The position numbers and the translations under genes were made by a program. From contig OZ260664.1 of assembly GCA_965285935.1 (NCBI GenBank), positions 68,200,001 to 68,264,000 on the forward strand: a stretch of 64,000 bases of DNA, in the 5' to 3' direction. Source of the DNA: Ophelia neglecta. Lineage: Eukaryota. A model generated the notes under the pieces. That model was given only the letters and a program-made list of their open reading frames with translations, was not told where the DNA came from and did no database searches. How positions within the stretch are numbered: position 1 is the stretch's first letter; each line of letters begins with the position of its first letter. This document shows, piece by piece, positions 50,613-64,000 of the stretch.

Positions 50613-50698
50613 TCAGACACATGTTTCGAAGGACAACTGCGACGGAGAGTAGGGCCCAATTGGGGTCATAACACCGATCACCCCGGACACCATGGGGT
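50613..50698 (-). CDS. BVES: Popeye gene terminal coding exon
   Basis: Strong acceptor (CTAAT branch-like site, TTTTTTTTCCAG); phase matches exon 4; encodes DPMVSGVIGVMTPIGPYSPSQLSFETCV*. Confidence 0.72.
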
Positions 50699-53600
50699 CT
50701 GGAAAAAAAATTATTAGTCTAAACTTTGATAACTTAGCTGGTTTGCACATAGTATGATCGTAAAAATAAAAAAATGACCACGAAGGAAAAATATAATTAG
50801 TAATGTCTGTTTATTGTCATATTAACAAAGCTAAATCATTATTGGAGAATCGCTCATTACATCCGTCCGAAATCATCAGGAAACTTCATTATTCCCACAA
50901 ATGTACATGTTTGGTTCCCTAACGAGAATTAACCTTTTAATAGTTTGTGCAGGTGCTGAAGGAGGAATAGAAGGAGTATGAGTAGTAAGTGTAGAAGGAG
51001 TATGAGTGAAAAACGGCCAGGCCTGCTTTTACAATGCAAGAGGCATTAATGAGATCAGCTGAGTTTTAGCAGTAATGACCACTGCCATAGGCATTGAAAC
51101 CAACAGGAGCTGCCACACGAGCTAAATTCTAGAATCGTCGACCCACCATCATCGCATTGATATAGTATATGTAATTACATTTAAGGTCCATGGCAAAGGG
51201 TTTTGCCTGATTCAGTGTCGAAAACCACATATTACTCTTCGCATAAAATTATACCTTGTGGTTACGAGTGGACATACTGGAATATATTGCTACTAGGCAT
51301 ATTGAAACATGAGTTAAACCACACACCGCTGTTAGCTTTTCAATTGGGTAGGCCTTATTCCATAACATGTTTACGTGTTCTTCTTATATGTATTTTCTCA
51401 CCCTTTTAGGACATCTTACGGATATGCATCATAATGTCACTAGAAATGTGTGTGTGTGATTAGTATGGGCACATATTTTTTGTAAGTATGCTTGTAATGC
51501 AATCAGGGTAACGTGATTTGGCTTAAGACAATGTTCTAAGACGACGTGTTCAAACACACATTACAATTGTTAACGTACAATGAATTGCGATCCAACGTTT
51601 TACTGAAGCAAGTAAATGCCACGTTTGAAAGGAAATACAAGGTCTGAGACACAGGTTCTTTAGTAGTCTGAGGAAAGGCCGTCAACAGCCAAATTGGATT
51701 AACAATATCTGATGAAGAGGAACAGACATTTCACGAGAAGAAGCCATAGTGGGTAGGGCAAAAAGAGGATCTACTAAACAAAGCTTTCTAGACCTGGTTG
51801 ACTATGGACAAGGACGTGATCTGGCAGCTTCCTTGTTAGTTCGTTTAATGTTCGACTTTGATAGGAACATGTCAAATGTATGCCAATCGGTGATTTAAAA
51901 CCAGCGTACACAATTCTTCTAGTATATCAAGGAGTTCAAGTTGTGGGAACTGAAACCCATTTGGGACATTATTCATTAAAGAAGGATAAGATTGGTCAAA
52001 GAAAAACCTTAAAAACCTATAAAGCAGTGTACCCAGTTTGCCTTGACATTTGGAATAATCAGTTATAAACAGAATTATACTGTTTGATAGATTTCTATTG
52101 TAATATCGTCTATATTTTCACCTCATGCCATCAATATTTCCTTTTATTCTACTGCAATTTACGTATGAAGCGAGATAAACAGTAAACGAAAAAATGTTTT
52201 TGCTCGGAAAAGTATACTAACGATGTGCTATCAGAACGTGAAATAAACTAATCGGAAACACTGTTTAATAAATTTGAATAGAGTAGCATTGGGCAAAAGT
52301 GCTACAGCAAACATCGAGGGTCCACGTTTAGTGAATTAAAATAAGTCAAATGTATATTGGTAATAGTAGGTGTCATATAATTGAAAAGAGGCGAAAACTA
52401 ATACAAAACTTGCATTGTAAGCATCGATTTCTTGGCTTACGATCGACGTGAATAGCAGCGCTAAAATGACAGGGAATCAATAAGCCAGGACACGTTATGA
52501 TACATCAGACATCCACTGGGACCGGGCATTCTACTGACTATACACGTGTCTAAGCTTGACATTAAAGAAAATGCAACATAAATGAGGCACATGAGTCAAG
52601 CCAGACACGCATCTCTAACTTACGACTACTTACTTTTCTGTTAATGCTTAAAGAATCCTACTGGAAGGAATGGCATTGACAACCGGTTATAGCATCAGAA
52701 TTCGGGGTAGAATTTGTTCTTTATACTAACACCCCGCGAGACATGGCTGTCATTGCAAACCAGTCTCTAAAGTATTCCAATCACAAACAGTGCCTTTGAA
52801 TATTGCAGAGGAAACCTCGTGAATTTATGTACAGTGCAGTAAAATGGCTATATAATTCGTACACATACACTAGAGATATATTTATCATGCTGGGGTTGGC
52901 TTTGAACTTGAATTTTGCTCTGCAATTCTCCAGTTGATGCAAAACTAAGAAGCAACAATTGCAAGTCCATATTACATAGCAAGTATATGAGTAAAGGCTT
53001 ATTTAATGGAAAATCATGATTAGGCAACATTATTATATTGCCAATTATGAACACTGCAATATTTTATCAATTATCATTAGTTTCCTGCTCGATTGTAACC
53101 TTTATTTAATAAAGCATTGGCAAACAGGATATTGGTCGAGAGTGGTACGGTTGTTTATGAACTGACCTCTGTACTCATCACTTGTTACTGAGCAGGGCGA
53201 GGTGGTCCGCACTAGACCTTCAAGGTCCAGCTCCATCTCCTGATTCTCGCTAAGCTTGTGTTGCACATGAACTACCGAGTTGCGGCTGGCAATTACCTTA
53301 ACATATTGAGGGTGCTGGAGCAACATCTCCTGTACCTTGAACGTGAAATATACAATTTTAAAACAAACAGTGATTGATTATATTTGCAAACATGCTAAAT
53401 GAAAAAATATTAATTTATATGCACAAACTTGGTAATGGATAGATAATTGGAAGAGAATATAGAGCTTTGTGAATCAAAGGCATTGCAGGCGTCCCCTTTG
53501 TCTTATCAAATCAAAGCAACATTTAATAATTCCAGCTATGCGCCCCTCACGTCGAAATCAAAGATGATTGATGCTGCTCTTAACGTCTTATGGGCTAGCT

Positions 53601-56600
53601 CAACAAGAAGTAATTTTTGGTACATAACACATGTTCCAACTAGTAGAAATAACAGGTCGTTAAACAACAAACAGCCACAGACCCCCACCCACCTGTCAGA
53701 AATATTGAAAGGCCCCTTAATACATTATCGTGTAGTTTAAATACGTAAAAATGATAAACCCTGGCACACTAAATTTAAATATGTGGTTAGTTTTATAAGG
53801 TTAGACCATTTAGTTGAGTTACTACGCATTGCACGATTTTCTATATGCGGTTTTAAATGAAGCCGTCTTTGTGTACGGAAAGCAATGGTTTATGTGTAAT
53901 GGCACTGCTTTGTAAGACCTGCCCGACTTCCCTCGGGAACACAGACCATCTTCGCCTGAAACGGCATATTGGTTTTGCTGTTTATGCTATTTCAGGAAGT
54001 TGTTTTCCACGCCCATGAATACATTTTGGTAATTGTTCTTTACTTATTTTCATTTCTAGTTAGCTATCAAATCATTAACTTGATGATCATAATAGAAAGC
54101 TTATTTTTATTAGCTTATTCGCACGGTTTTCCGATAGATCTGCTAGCCTCCAAGTGGAATTTGCATCGGAACTGCGGTAAAAAAAGTGGTATACAAAACT
54201 ATTCAAGAGCTTCAAAAAATCCGCGTCACCACATATTTATTCTTAAAAAGCAAAAGACTATAGAACATGAAATGAATTTTAGTTATTATGCCTTGACACG
54301 GTAAGGACATATGTGAAGGTCTTAACTCAATTTCAACTTATGGTCACATATTCATAGACGTCATCCTTTCCTATTAGGCGGAATTTTTAATATAAAGATA
54401 CTTTAAGAGAGTATAAGCGTATACTGTTTATCACCTGATATAATTTATGTGTTATGTCCTTTCCAAGCAAGTTGAAGAATACTGAGTTCATGTATGGACG
54501 AGATTTAAGGAAATTTGATACATCACGGGCAGTCCAAGTGAGCAAACGACTGTCTTCGGTTGCTCGTATACTTATCTGAAAATAATACAAATATTAAATT
54601 ACTAATAAATATATAACGTTGAAACAATTCAGTGGAACATATAGGGTAGAATGGAAGGGAGTTGTTGGTTTTATTTATATCCAATACAGAACATTGAGAT
54701 TTATTTTTCTTAGGTATAACCCGGTTGAGCCTTTGGCCGGTTATCCATAAGCAGGGAATCATATTTGTCTTCTTCTGGTTCTGCCCACATGCTTTCAGCG
54801 AGGAATATAATTAAACGTCCGTTTATAAAGAGACTGCTGCGGCTATTGGTTTTCAAAAAACAGACAAAAGCAATTTCTTAACAACTTATTAGGAACAGGG
54901 AAGAAATAGAGAGAGAAACAGACAGACAGACAGACAGAGAGACAGACACAGAGAGCAATCACCTGGAAGCAGTCTTCCTCGTCCGAACCAGGTAAAGTTG
55001 ACTCGTATTCTGGTGAGTCTGCAAATTGGTTAGGTTCGATTGTGTGTAGATAAAGATTCTCGCAGGTCACTTTTAATCTAAAGAAATAAAAACAAAACAT
55101 CCGGTGGTAAAATAATCCTTTTTAAACAAGATTAAACCCGCCAAGCATTGATGTCGGATGAATAAATACTTGTGTAAAAGGTTGAAAAACGTTACTCTTA
55201 TCTATATAATAAAGCCTAGTTTTGTCTTCTGTATGCTAGGAGAAAGTTCGTCTTCGTGCTAGGAGAACTAATAAAACATTAATAGGAATAAACTAAAATA
55301 AAACATAAACAACTTAAAAAAAGTGAAACTTTATGAGCATGGTTAGCTTAACGATTGAAACAAAATGTAATTTGCTAATATGTTAAAGTAAATGTGCAGG
55401 TATTTAGAAATTAAGATAAATCATTAGTTTGAGCATAACGAAAAACTTTCCTTGGGGGCATATATCCCTTCTGTCCTACATTGACCGACTAGTTTGTTTT
55501 GTGCTCCACCATGCATCATGTAAAAGTGCTGACTACTTTTATTGCAAGTGATATCAGTATTGATTTATTAGAAATTTTATTAGAGGCTGCTGGGGCTCTG
55601 CATAATGTTTTTGGAAGTGCTGCCGGTAGTTCCTGATGACTACTGGCCGATTTAAAGAACAATTCATAATTTTGATTTATCTGTCGGGTATCCACTCCGG
55701 CTGTTGTTCTTTTATGCACTGATACAACGTAAACAAACAAGATTTGTCTCAAATATGCGTTAGGAATAAAAGCAGTATTGTTAACCTATAGTGGCGAATA
55801 TTGACAATATAGTAGTAAGGTGATTAGTATTGGTCATAAGTATTACGTCATAGCATCAAGTGTGTAATCACGATTAGACGATTGCACGAAAAAATATCTT
55901 TTTCTGTTCAAATATCAAAAACGATAGGGCCGACAATGCAAAATTATTAATTAAGAATAGTCTACTAAATAATAATATATTTGAAAATTAAACATTTGTT
56001 GAATGCGAAAGTGTTCCCGTTTTTCACTGTTTGGTGCGGAACTAGTAATGTCTGTTAAAGTTATGATAATTTATAAACATTTCCCTCAGACTATTGGTTC
56101 ATATGCTATTCTGGTGTGCTACTCCCATTTTTAAATCGCTTGCTATAACGGTTTTCACAATTGATTGCTACACCAGCAGCGCTAGTAGGAAGATCTTAAC
56201 CCCAGGTGAGTACGTGAGCCTTGTTGGTGATGTTTATGTGGCTGTAGATACTATGATCGGAAGGTCAATCTAGTTAACGCAACCTTAGGTTGCTTACACA
56301 AAAAAGCCCAAATGCTATTACGGGAAGACGATGTTTTCTGGTGAAAATTGACGGAAAAATTTCAGAATATTCCATTATATTCTACTGTACAATCAGCATT
56401 CTGCGCAATAGTCATTAACACATTTTGCCTAGCTGATTCACAACAAATTATAAGAATATCGACAATTAACTAATAAATCAGCCTTGCGTACAGTGATTAT
56501 CCGGACTTTTTCTCTGCATTTTGCTGCAGCTACAGCCAATAAAGTTTGACTTATGCCGGAAAACATTGTATTTAATGTCACTGATAAGTCTGCAATATGT

Positions 56601-58960
56601 GAAGGGTTGTGTTCTGTTCCGAATAGGATAGGATAGAATCGAGCTGTAGGTTATTACAGTCGGTGGGTCTTGAGTCTATGTCGCGTTTAAAATCAGTAAT
56701 CCTGTGTTCATTTGGGCTGAAGAGGTATATCAATATTCTTTTCTATAATTGGTTTTACGGTGTTTGAGGTACACCTAAAAGTAGTTGTTTAACTGGAAAA
56801 GTATGTTTCATAAGTCACTGCTTATTGGTTCATCGTGGCTACTATTCAGGCAATAATTACTGTAGTAAAAGTTTAAAGAATTCTGCCATTCTAAGCTATT
56901 TGGAGATAAGGTGTTGTTATCGTCTTTGATCACAGTGATTTTATTGATTTGAAGTTTTGTGGTACAGCTTAAATTATAATAAAAAGCTTGTTATAGGTAG
57001 CCTTCCAGTTACTAAAACGATAATGGTCAAAAACATTGTAGAAAGGCACGTATTCTTACCTATAGATAATTAATATTTTAGTTTCAAAAAAGGTATACAT
57101 TTGGTGTCTAACGGGTATCAACCCCGCTTCTAAACACAGTATGCTGAATGTACACCCAAGGTGTTTTTGAAATGCATATCCAACAAGTATAAAAACCCGG
57201 ACGCTTAAATTCTTTAACGTGTGGAGCTTAGAACCCCACCCCCCCCCCCCCCCTGCCCCGCCGCGCTTCCCTTATTGACAATCCTCAGTATCTTTGGCTT
57301 CTCAGTCCTCGCCCAAAGTTTGCAGTTAGACAATAAAGGCAGCTGAAATGAACTTCGTCACGTATATAGACTACTTCACTCATTTATATTCAGAAATACT
57401 GGTAGCAAGAAATGCAAAAGAGCCTGAAATGGTTGCCCGAAAATTCCTGATCAAATACTGTTCCTGGATACTTACAATATACAAGAATAATAAACTTTAA
57501 GCAGGGGAGTTCGCATCAGGGACTATGTATGCAACCATATTCCGTTTTAGTTCGTGTACGTCACAAAATCCATCCATATTTTAACATCTATTGCAGTGAA
57601 TGCCCTTAACTGGTTGTATAGATTCCCCCGGTAACAATCATCGATGTATACCAACATGAAAAACTGTTTGAGTGGTCCTAACAGGTCACTGTTAAATTAT
57701 ACATAAAATGACAGAGGGGAATCAAGAAACACACATTCAAAGCTTGGTGAATGAACGTTAGGCTATGGAAATGACAGCTCGCATTACGGGGCTCAAGGTT
57801 ACAATATTACCCAAATGCGTTTACCCAAATGTGAAAAATACGGTCTACTTGCCGACTTCATGAGCAAATTGCATGTTTGTGCATAGTGGTTTTTCATTTA
57901 GGTCCGAATGTACCACTGCCAATGAATTCGATGACAGGGATTACTACGCATCAAGAGGTGTGTGCGTATGTGAGTTCAAAAGTCCAGTTACAAAACGCTT
58001 ACAAAACCAATAAACTGCACTTTGGCAACACATTAGGATTTGACTAAGACGAGATATCGCCATTAGATGAAACAAGCGAAAACACCTATGTATGTATTCT
58101 AGACAATTCTAATCCTTTTCGACAAATATTAATGATATTTTATATGAAATACATCGTTGATATAATTGAATGTTAATAGAGTCTTGGTACCTATGGCACT
58201 ATTATTCAACAAACATATAATAAAAACCGATAGCTTGAATAGTAAGTTGCTTAATGATATTAAGTGGTGTTGATGTACATCTATGCTCATGCCGGCCAAC
58301 AATATTAAGACAACAGTAAAAAGGACTATTTCTCACCAACTGAACAACAGGTGCACCAAAAAACAGTATTCAAGCAAACTAGGCAGCGTTGAAGAAAATT
58401 ACCTACCTCCCACTCAGCAGTATGGACACTTTCTCTCCTGTGTGTGTGGCATTTTCTAAGGCATAGGTAGCACCATTTGGTAAGTCTTTGATCAGTCCAT
58501 GGCAGGTGAGCTCCGAGAATTGGCTACGATCCACTTTAAGAGGCTTGAACATTTTGGTATAGACCTCTTCTAGTTCTGGGTTGATGCGCACCGGCCAGTG
58601 GAGGTGCATGAGAAAGACCAAATGAGTACAATTGATCAAGAAAAACACTAAATACCAACCAAGGACGTCTGGTTGACATACCACTGTGCTGCCCCAGAGG
58701 AGGAAGAAGAGAGTTCCTAGGCAGAACATGCTTCGCAAAACATCCACGTGGTACTGGAAGCTTTTTGGCACAATAAAGGCAATGAACAGGCAAAGATTGG
58801 CCACTTGGAAAAGCATATGTTGGGCTTCACCCCAATCGCAGTCCCCACTTTCAGTGGAATTGGCAGTTTGATTTCCTGTGAAATTCCATAACGGTGCAGA
58901 ACTATATGCGCTATCATTGAGGCTAATTGCAAACTGCGTCAGATTCATCTGAAAGCCCAT
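50613..58960 (-). CDS. BVES: Popeye domain-containing protein (BVES/POPDC family), 354 aa; complement(join(50613..50698,53167..53335,54435..54575,54963..55077,58407..58960))
   Basis: Five exons total 1065 nt in frame. N-glycosylated N-terminus, three hydrophobic segments, PVRINPELEEVYTKMFKPLKV, SILLSGRLKV, cAMP-binding cassette motifs DSPE and FQIS, LLGKDITHKLY. Last exon and exon 4 acceptor are less certain; the symbol marks the family, not a proven orthologue. Confidence 0.9.
53167..53335 (-). CDS. BVES: Popeye gene coding exon 4 (C-terminal tail)
   Basis: VQEMLLQHPQYVKVIASRNSVVHVQHKLSENQEMELDLEGLVRTTSPCSVTSDEYR; donor G|GTCAGT. An alternative in-frame acceptor 6 nt downstream is possible. 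Confidence 0.75.
54435..54575 (-). CDS. BVES: Popeye gene coding exon 3
   Basis: ISIRATEDSRLLTWTARDVSNFLKSRPYMNSVFFNLLGKDITHKLYQ; 141 nt, phase 0-0. Confidence 0.93.
54907..54955. repeat. (AG)n/(AGAC)n compound microsatellite in a Popeye intron
   Basis: AGAGAGAGAAACAGACAGACAGACAGACAGAGAGACAGACACAGAGAG, immediately downstream of the exon 2 donor. Confidence 0.85.
54963..55077 (-). CDS. BVES: Popeye gene coding exon 2 (DSPE motif)
   Basis: LKVTCENLYLHTIEPNQFADSPEYESTLPGSDEEDCFQ; acceptor TTCTTTAG, donor CAG|GTGATT. Confidence 0.93.
58407..58960 (-). CDS. BVES: Popeye gene coding exon 1: extracellular N-terminus, 3 TM segments, start of Popeye domain
   Basis: ORF 58403..58960; start context GCAATGG with an in-frame upstream stop; donor AG|GTAGGT, phase 2. 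Confidence 0.93.
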
Positions 58961-61900
58961 TGCTTCGTTTTTTGACAGGAAATCTGGCCTTTGTATAGAA
59001 TGCGGTAAGGACGCAAATACTCAAGCTAGTAGCTTTAGATCCAAAGGCAACAGCATGACTCAGCAATTAACTTAGTGGATCATCGTTTATGTCTTGCTTA
59101 TAACGGTGGCTCTTAATCAAGTATAATATTGGCAAACTCCTACAAAATCATCGATGTGTGCGCACAGCAAACAATTGGTTTTTTCAGATTACAGGCATAT
59201 GTTTATCACCAATCCATTGCATCACGGAAACTAGCATGGCCTGGAGACCTTTTAGTTCTATCGATAAACCGTGCAATGCGAATGGATTGCGCGGTACCCA
59301 GTTGCATTGCCTTATCGCAATGAAAGCACCTTGCACGCCAAGAAAATGTCACACTGAACTATTGATTAAAGTCTAATCAGCTTGAAAGTTCCATCCATCA
59401 CTGGGATAATTATGATACGTCGTATGAATAATCGGCCAGCAGAACAATTCCTGAACTTACGAATACACCATTCTTCAATGCTTTCTTCTTTGCCTTCAGT
59501 CTCTATTTGCTCTGGAAAACATAATGTTTATAAGAATGTAATCAATAAGGTCATCCTTAGTCAATCATTTGCGACCGAGCAAAGTGCTAGATACAAGACA
59601 ATTCTGTTAAATAAAGGTAAACATTCTTTGCAAAACAAAACAAATAAATGTATATAGACTGTTGCTTGCTTTCAGGCCATCCTGGTATACACAGGAATCT
59701 GTCTGAAACGCACAGTGTTGGATTCTCTGTAATATTGTTGATAGATTTGAAAACGTCCAATTGCTCTATACTACCGTGTATAGACACTTTAACCAAATAA
59801 GTCTACTTATAAAGATGTAATACTTTTGTAATAAACGTTCCAATGGACTAATTACATGGTGTCTCTCTCTCCCATTTTCTATTAGGAAAGTTTTGCCTTT
59901 TGCTATCAAGCAATGTGCTTTTTTGAACTATCATAGAATGATAAAAGGAAACAGAATAATAGCATTGGCTGTGGAAATGGAGGCTGGTCGGGTTTCACCA
60001 TTATTAGCAAGTCTCTTGGATCCAAATCGTCTCGGATATTGCATGCTGGCAACTACAACCATCGGTAGATTCTCCTAAATCCTACTCAGCGCCACACATA
60101 AAGCAGCCAGACCATATCCGGCCGCTGAACTCTGCAGAGGAATGGTAATGAGCATACCAATACATTAGATACAAAGTAGGCATAATATATCTTTTTATGG
60201 CAAGGCGTATAGACTTTCTGACCTTCAGGGTTAACATATGTGGATGCAAATAAACATGTTCATGCGAGATAAGGATAAGCTATAAAATTGTCATTGATCA
60301 ATAATTCCAGTCTCTCTTTGTATAGTTTCGTTTTTTTTAATTCGGTAAACTGAGGAGTCTAAACCAATCAGTGGTCTTAAAACATTAGTCTAAATAACAA
60401 AATTTTATTACCTATTCAACGGAACGGTTTTACTCATATAATATACAACAGGCATCCGTGTATTCTACATCAAGTAAGGCATATATTTGGATCGTTTTCA
60501 AGTAGGATCTAAATATCCACGCGTCTTGCCAACGAAATTCTGGGGGATCTTCTTAATATAAACAATATGCGTAAATTTATATTAAGCCAAGAAGCATTTG
60601 CACTTCATCTAAACCACAAAAATTGCTGCTTATAAAGGAAAAGCAACAGCAATAAAACATTTGTAAAGTACTTTTAGTCAGACCATTAGGCCTGTTTGAG
60701 CGCCTGTTAAAAGGTAATGATGAAATTACTAGGCAACTCGACATAGACAAATCACCAATGGGTCTAACACGAGTGATGGATTGGAATACCCCGAGCTACA
60801 TCTTCCGGTTCCGTAAATATCGCAAATATGTATATTAATTTATATATTATAAAGTGCTTTGGACAGAATACATGCACACTAGGTCTGGAACGTGGATTTG
60901 TTTTTGTTTTCGGAGTATGAAAGCCAATCAGAAGTAGTGGCGTCGACCTATTGTGCCTGGCTTAAAGCAACTAAAAAGGAAAGAATAATTGCTATTCGAT
61001 TACCATTAAATGTAAATCAAAAATATTTATTTGAACAAGCCCGCATGTACTATATACAAACCAATTAAGAAATAATTCATACACAGACAAAATAATGATA
61101 AATTCAGCGCGACAGTACATTACATAAGTATTTGAAAGGAAAAGGACACAAAAGTATCGACTGATTCACATATTGAAAATTGTTATTCAGTTAATGTTGT
61201 GTTACATAGGTTGACCACAAATACTGCTAGGGTTATAACGTGCTTATACCGTATATTCATTATGGCAAGGTGTATTGGCAATACACTATGTATAATGATG
61301 GCCGCTATTGGTTTATGGTTGCAGGAAAATATTTGAAAATCCAATCTTAACACACTCTTCAGGAAAGATGTCTTACAGTAACTACAGTTCAAAACAATCT
61401 GTATAGCACCCACGGCGTATTTGTACCTATATAAGAACAATTATTTTACTCCTTGTTTTAGTCGTTCTGGTGGTAATGGGCCCTTTGTTTGAGATCCATA
61501 GTGCACATCAATGTTGTGTTATGCATGCTTTAAATATGAAATTGTTTGAAGTGCATGGTTAGTAAGTATTTTTGTTGTAGGTAGTAATTGTGGCCATTTA
61601 TATTCACTACTTCATTGTAGCGAGTGGAAGCAGAATTTACGTGTTTAACATGTGAACCTTATTGGTCAGTTTATACTTGTCACCTTAAACTAAGTTAAAA
61701 CCAAGTTTTGGATCAAATGAATGATTTTTTTATAACCAAAAGCACTTTAACTGTTTTTCCTGCCAAGGAGTCAACATTTAATTGGTAACATGTTTCCCGG
61801 AAACTGTTGATCTTCAGAGAATGCTGTAAAACGTGGATGGTGAACCAACAGTCAAAGAACATATCTTTTGTTTACAGACATCGTCAGGTTCGTTTTGCCT

Positions 61901-62322
61901 CAACGCACCCGCATAGGGCTCAGCTGGCCTAACAGAAGAAATCACATCCTTCCTTGACACTACCAGGACAATTCTTAGATTAAAAATTGAGGCAATTTTA
62001 TCAGTAGAATCGGATGTTGTTATGACTAATCATTTGCGCTTTCTCTGGAGAAATATATTTGCATACTGAAGTAGAATATCGATTGTCCAATTTGTCTCTC
62101 AAAATTCAAACACCTTTCACAAATAACTGTGACTTGTGATAAAAAACAATGTAAATGTATTTGAAACTGGCAAAACAAGGAAGCTTGTAACTATTTAAGT
62201 GCAATACGGTGTTTTGATTAGCATACCGCGTGTATTGATAACAAAGCAAAATGATATTATAAACAAAATCACAGAAGAAACGACACGAAAAGTCACACAG
62301 TAATACAATCCAAATTACAATA

Positions 62323-62328
62323 TTTATT
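62323..62328 (-). terminator. Candidate polyadenylation signal of a - strand gene lying beyond the window end
   Basis: AATAAA on the - strand followed by a GU/U-rich element (CTGTGTGACTTTTCGTGTCGTTTCTTCTGTGATTTTGTTT). Confidence 0.35.
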
Positions 62329-64000
62329 CATTTGAGACAAAGGCAAGTACATCATTTTCAGCTACAGTCACTTGCATTCAAAGTACTATACGAGTATTTC
62401 CAGCGTTTACCGCAAGTCATCAACATGTATGCTGGGTGTGGATAGCCCAGATTAGTGGAAATCTCTGTGGACGAATGTCTCTCACGATATATGACATAGT
62501 ATTATTTACGAAGCTGTTTTACTATCAAGGAGCCAATTACTATTTTTTTGCTGTCTGGGTTTTCTGTGATGGGTGTGTGGTCAGCCAGATACAATCCATT
62601 CTATATAGATCAGTTTCATCTTAATCCCAGTGCAATAGAATTTCAACCAGTGTAGATCTGCAGGACCACGATCAGTAAATGTTGTGAAGGGCTAGACAAA
62701 ATTTATAACTTAGCAGAAAACCCCCCTAGGGACGTAAACAGAGAAGATATCAAACACCGCACACAGACAAATACAGACCACATGAAGATAGAACATGGGT
62801 ATGCACTGGTGCAAGACAACATTTTGATTCATTGATTGGTAAAACAGTTTCATTTGACGAATTGTTAATGAACGTGGTCTATCCATTTTAACAAAGAGTA
62901 AAGAGAGTGCAAAGCATCCTAAAATAACAACAACAACAAAATGTTCGTATTTATATTTTTGATTAAAGAAAGTAAAACATACTATCCTTTCGATTAATCG
63001 ATCAGTCACGCGGGGAATGCTATATATCAATTATGTATATTTTCGATATTTCTTCACAGAGTAATTGCACATATATTCTGCTTATATCACAATGTTAATA
63101 GCCGCCAGGCGATGAAGTAGCTTACTATCTTAGGCTCGCTTTGATTGCTCTTCGGTTGCACTTAAAATATCAATGCATTAAGTTCGATAGACAGCTAATA
63201 CAAGATCAGTTCGGAGGAGGTTATGAGGGAACTAGATAATAATGTACATGTGATTGATCTGCAACACAAAAGAAGAAGATCAAAGAACCTAAATAATATC
63301 AAATTATTCTTAACAAATGATATAATAATAAGAAAATACACAAACGTTCGTGTGAGTCGTCCTTAGATGTTAATTAATTTTCTTCCCTTCCGAAAAATTG
63401 GAAATTTTACTCCTTTGCTATAGGAATCAAGTATATGAACGTTATGTCATGGTTATATTTCCGTACATAGATGGTTTTATCAGTGAAGATCATGGTACAA
63501 TCATAACAGCACCTATGCAACTGCAAGGTACGTAGTGTCCAGTACATTAGCTAAACTCAATGACTATGACATTTTGAATATTGTCACTTTCTGCTACCTG
63601 ATTGATTAGTGTCAGGAACTCGCCTTGTTCATCTTTGTTATTAAGTGCTGGCATGCCCATTTAAATAAAGGCAGAACTGTAATGCATTTTGGGAAAAGGG
63701 AATAAAATAGTTGGTTTAATTTGAACGGAAGACCTTGCGGTCTGTATAAGGACACATTGAACGGATATATACTATTGGGAGACTTTTTATGTACACCATT
63801 TCGGAGGTTCTGGAATAAATTCCCTGATGCAAGGCCTGTTCCGAGTATATATTATCTCAGTTCTACGTCGCGCACCCCGAAAACTATCAGGCATTAATGA
63901 TAATGGCATAGATATCCAAGCCGAAAGGCACGAAATCCGATAAACAAATTCGTTAAATATTGTTTGATATTACGTCGTAGTTTCAGAAAACAAGTTACGC

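Noticed and set aside
50968-51008. Short tandem duplications (TAGAAGGAGTATGAGT x2; similar ones near 9647, 45118 and 57808)
   Set aside because: Ordinary slippage duplications with no sign of function.
58536-58932. Alternative-frame and antisense ORFs overlapping Popeye exon 1
   Set aside because: Shadow ORFs of a real coding exon with no independent support.

Overview
AT-rich eukaryotic (metazoan invertebrate-like) genomic DNA with GT-AG introns. Most ORFs in the supplied track are spurious. Two complete spliced genes, facing each other, can be rebuilt by hand. (1) A 7-exon + strand gene (39345-43035, 401 aa) encoding a secreted S1A serine protease zymogen with two N-terminal trefoil (P-type) domains and an atypical substrate pocket (Ser189, Thr214, Gly215). 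(2) A 5-coding-exon - strand Popeye-domain (BVES/POPDC) gene (58960-50613, 354 aa) ending in a class I PDZ-binding motif (ETCV). Between them lies a 779-bp non-autonomous PIF/Harbinger-type element (15-bp TIRs, TTA target duplication) built largely from a CACGGT-like motif spaced every 10-11 bp, with a perfect 20-bp internal palindrome. The first ~39 kb has no recognisable intact gene. It holds a deleted L2/CR1-group LINE, a tRNA-derived SINE-like head, a small fold-back element, a possible Maverick/Polinton polymerase relic and several G/C homopolymer tracts. All family assignments come from motif recognition by eye; no database search was run.
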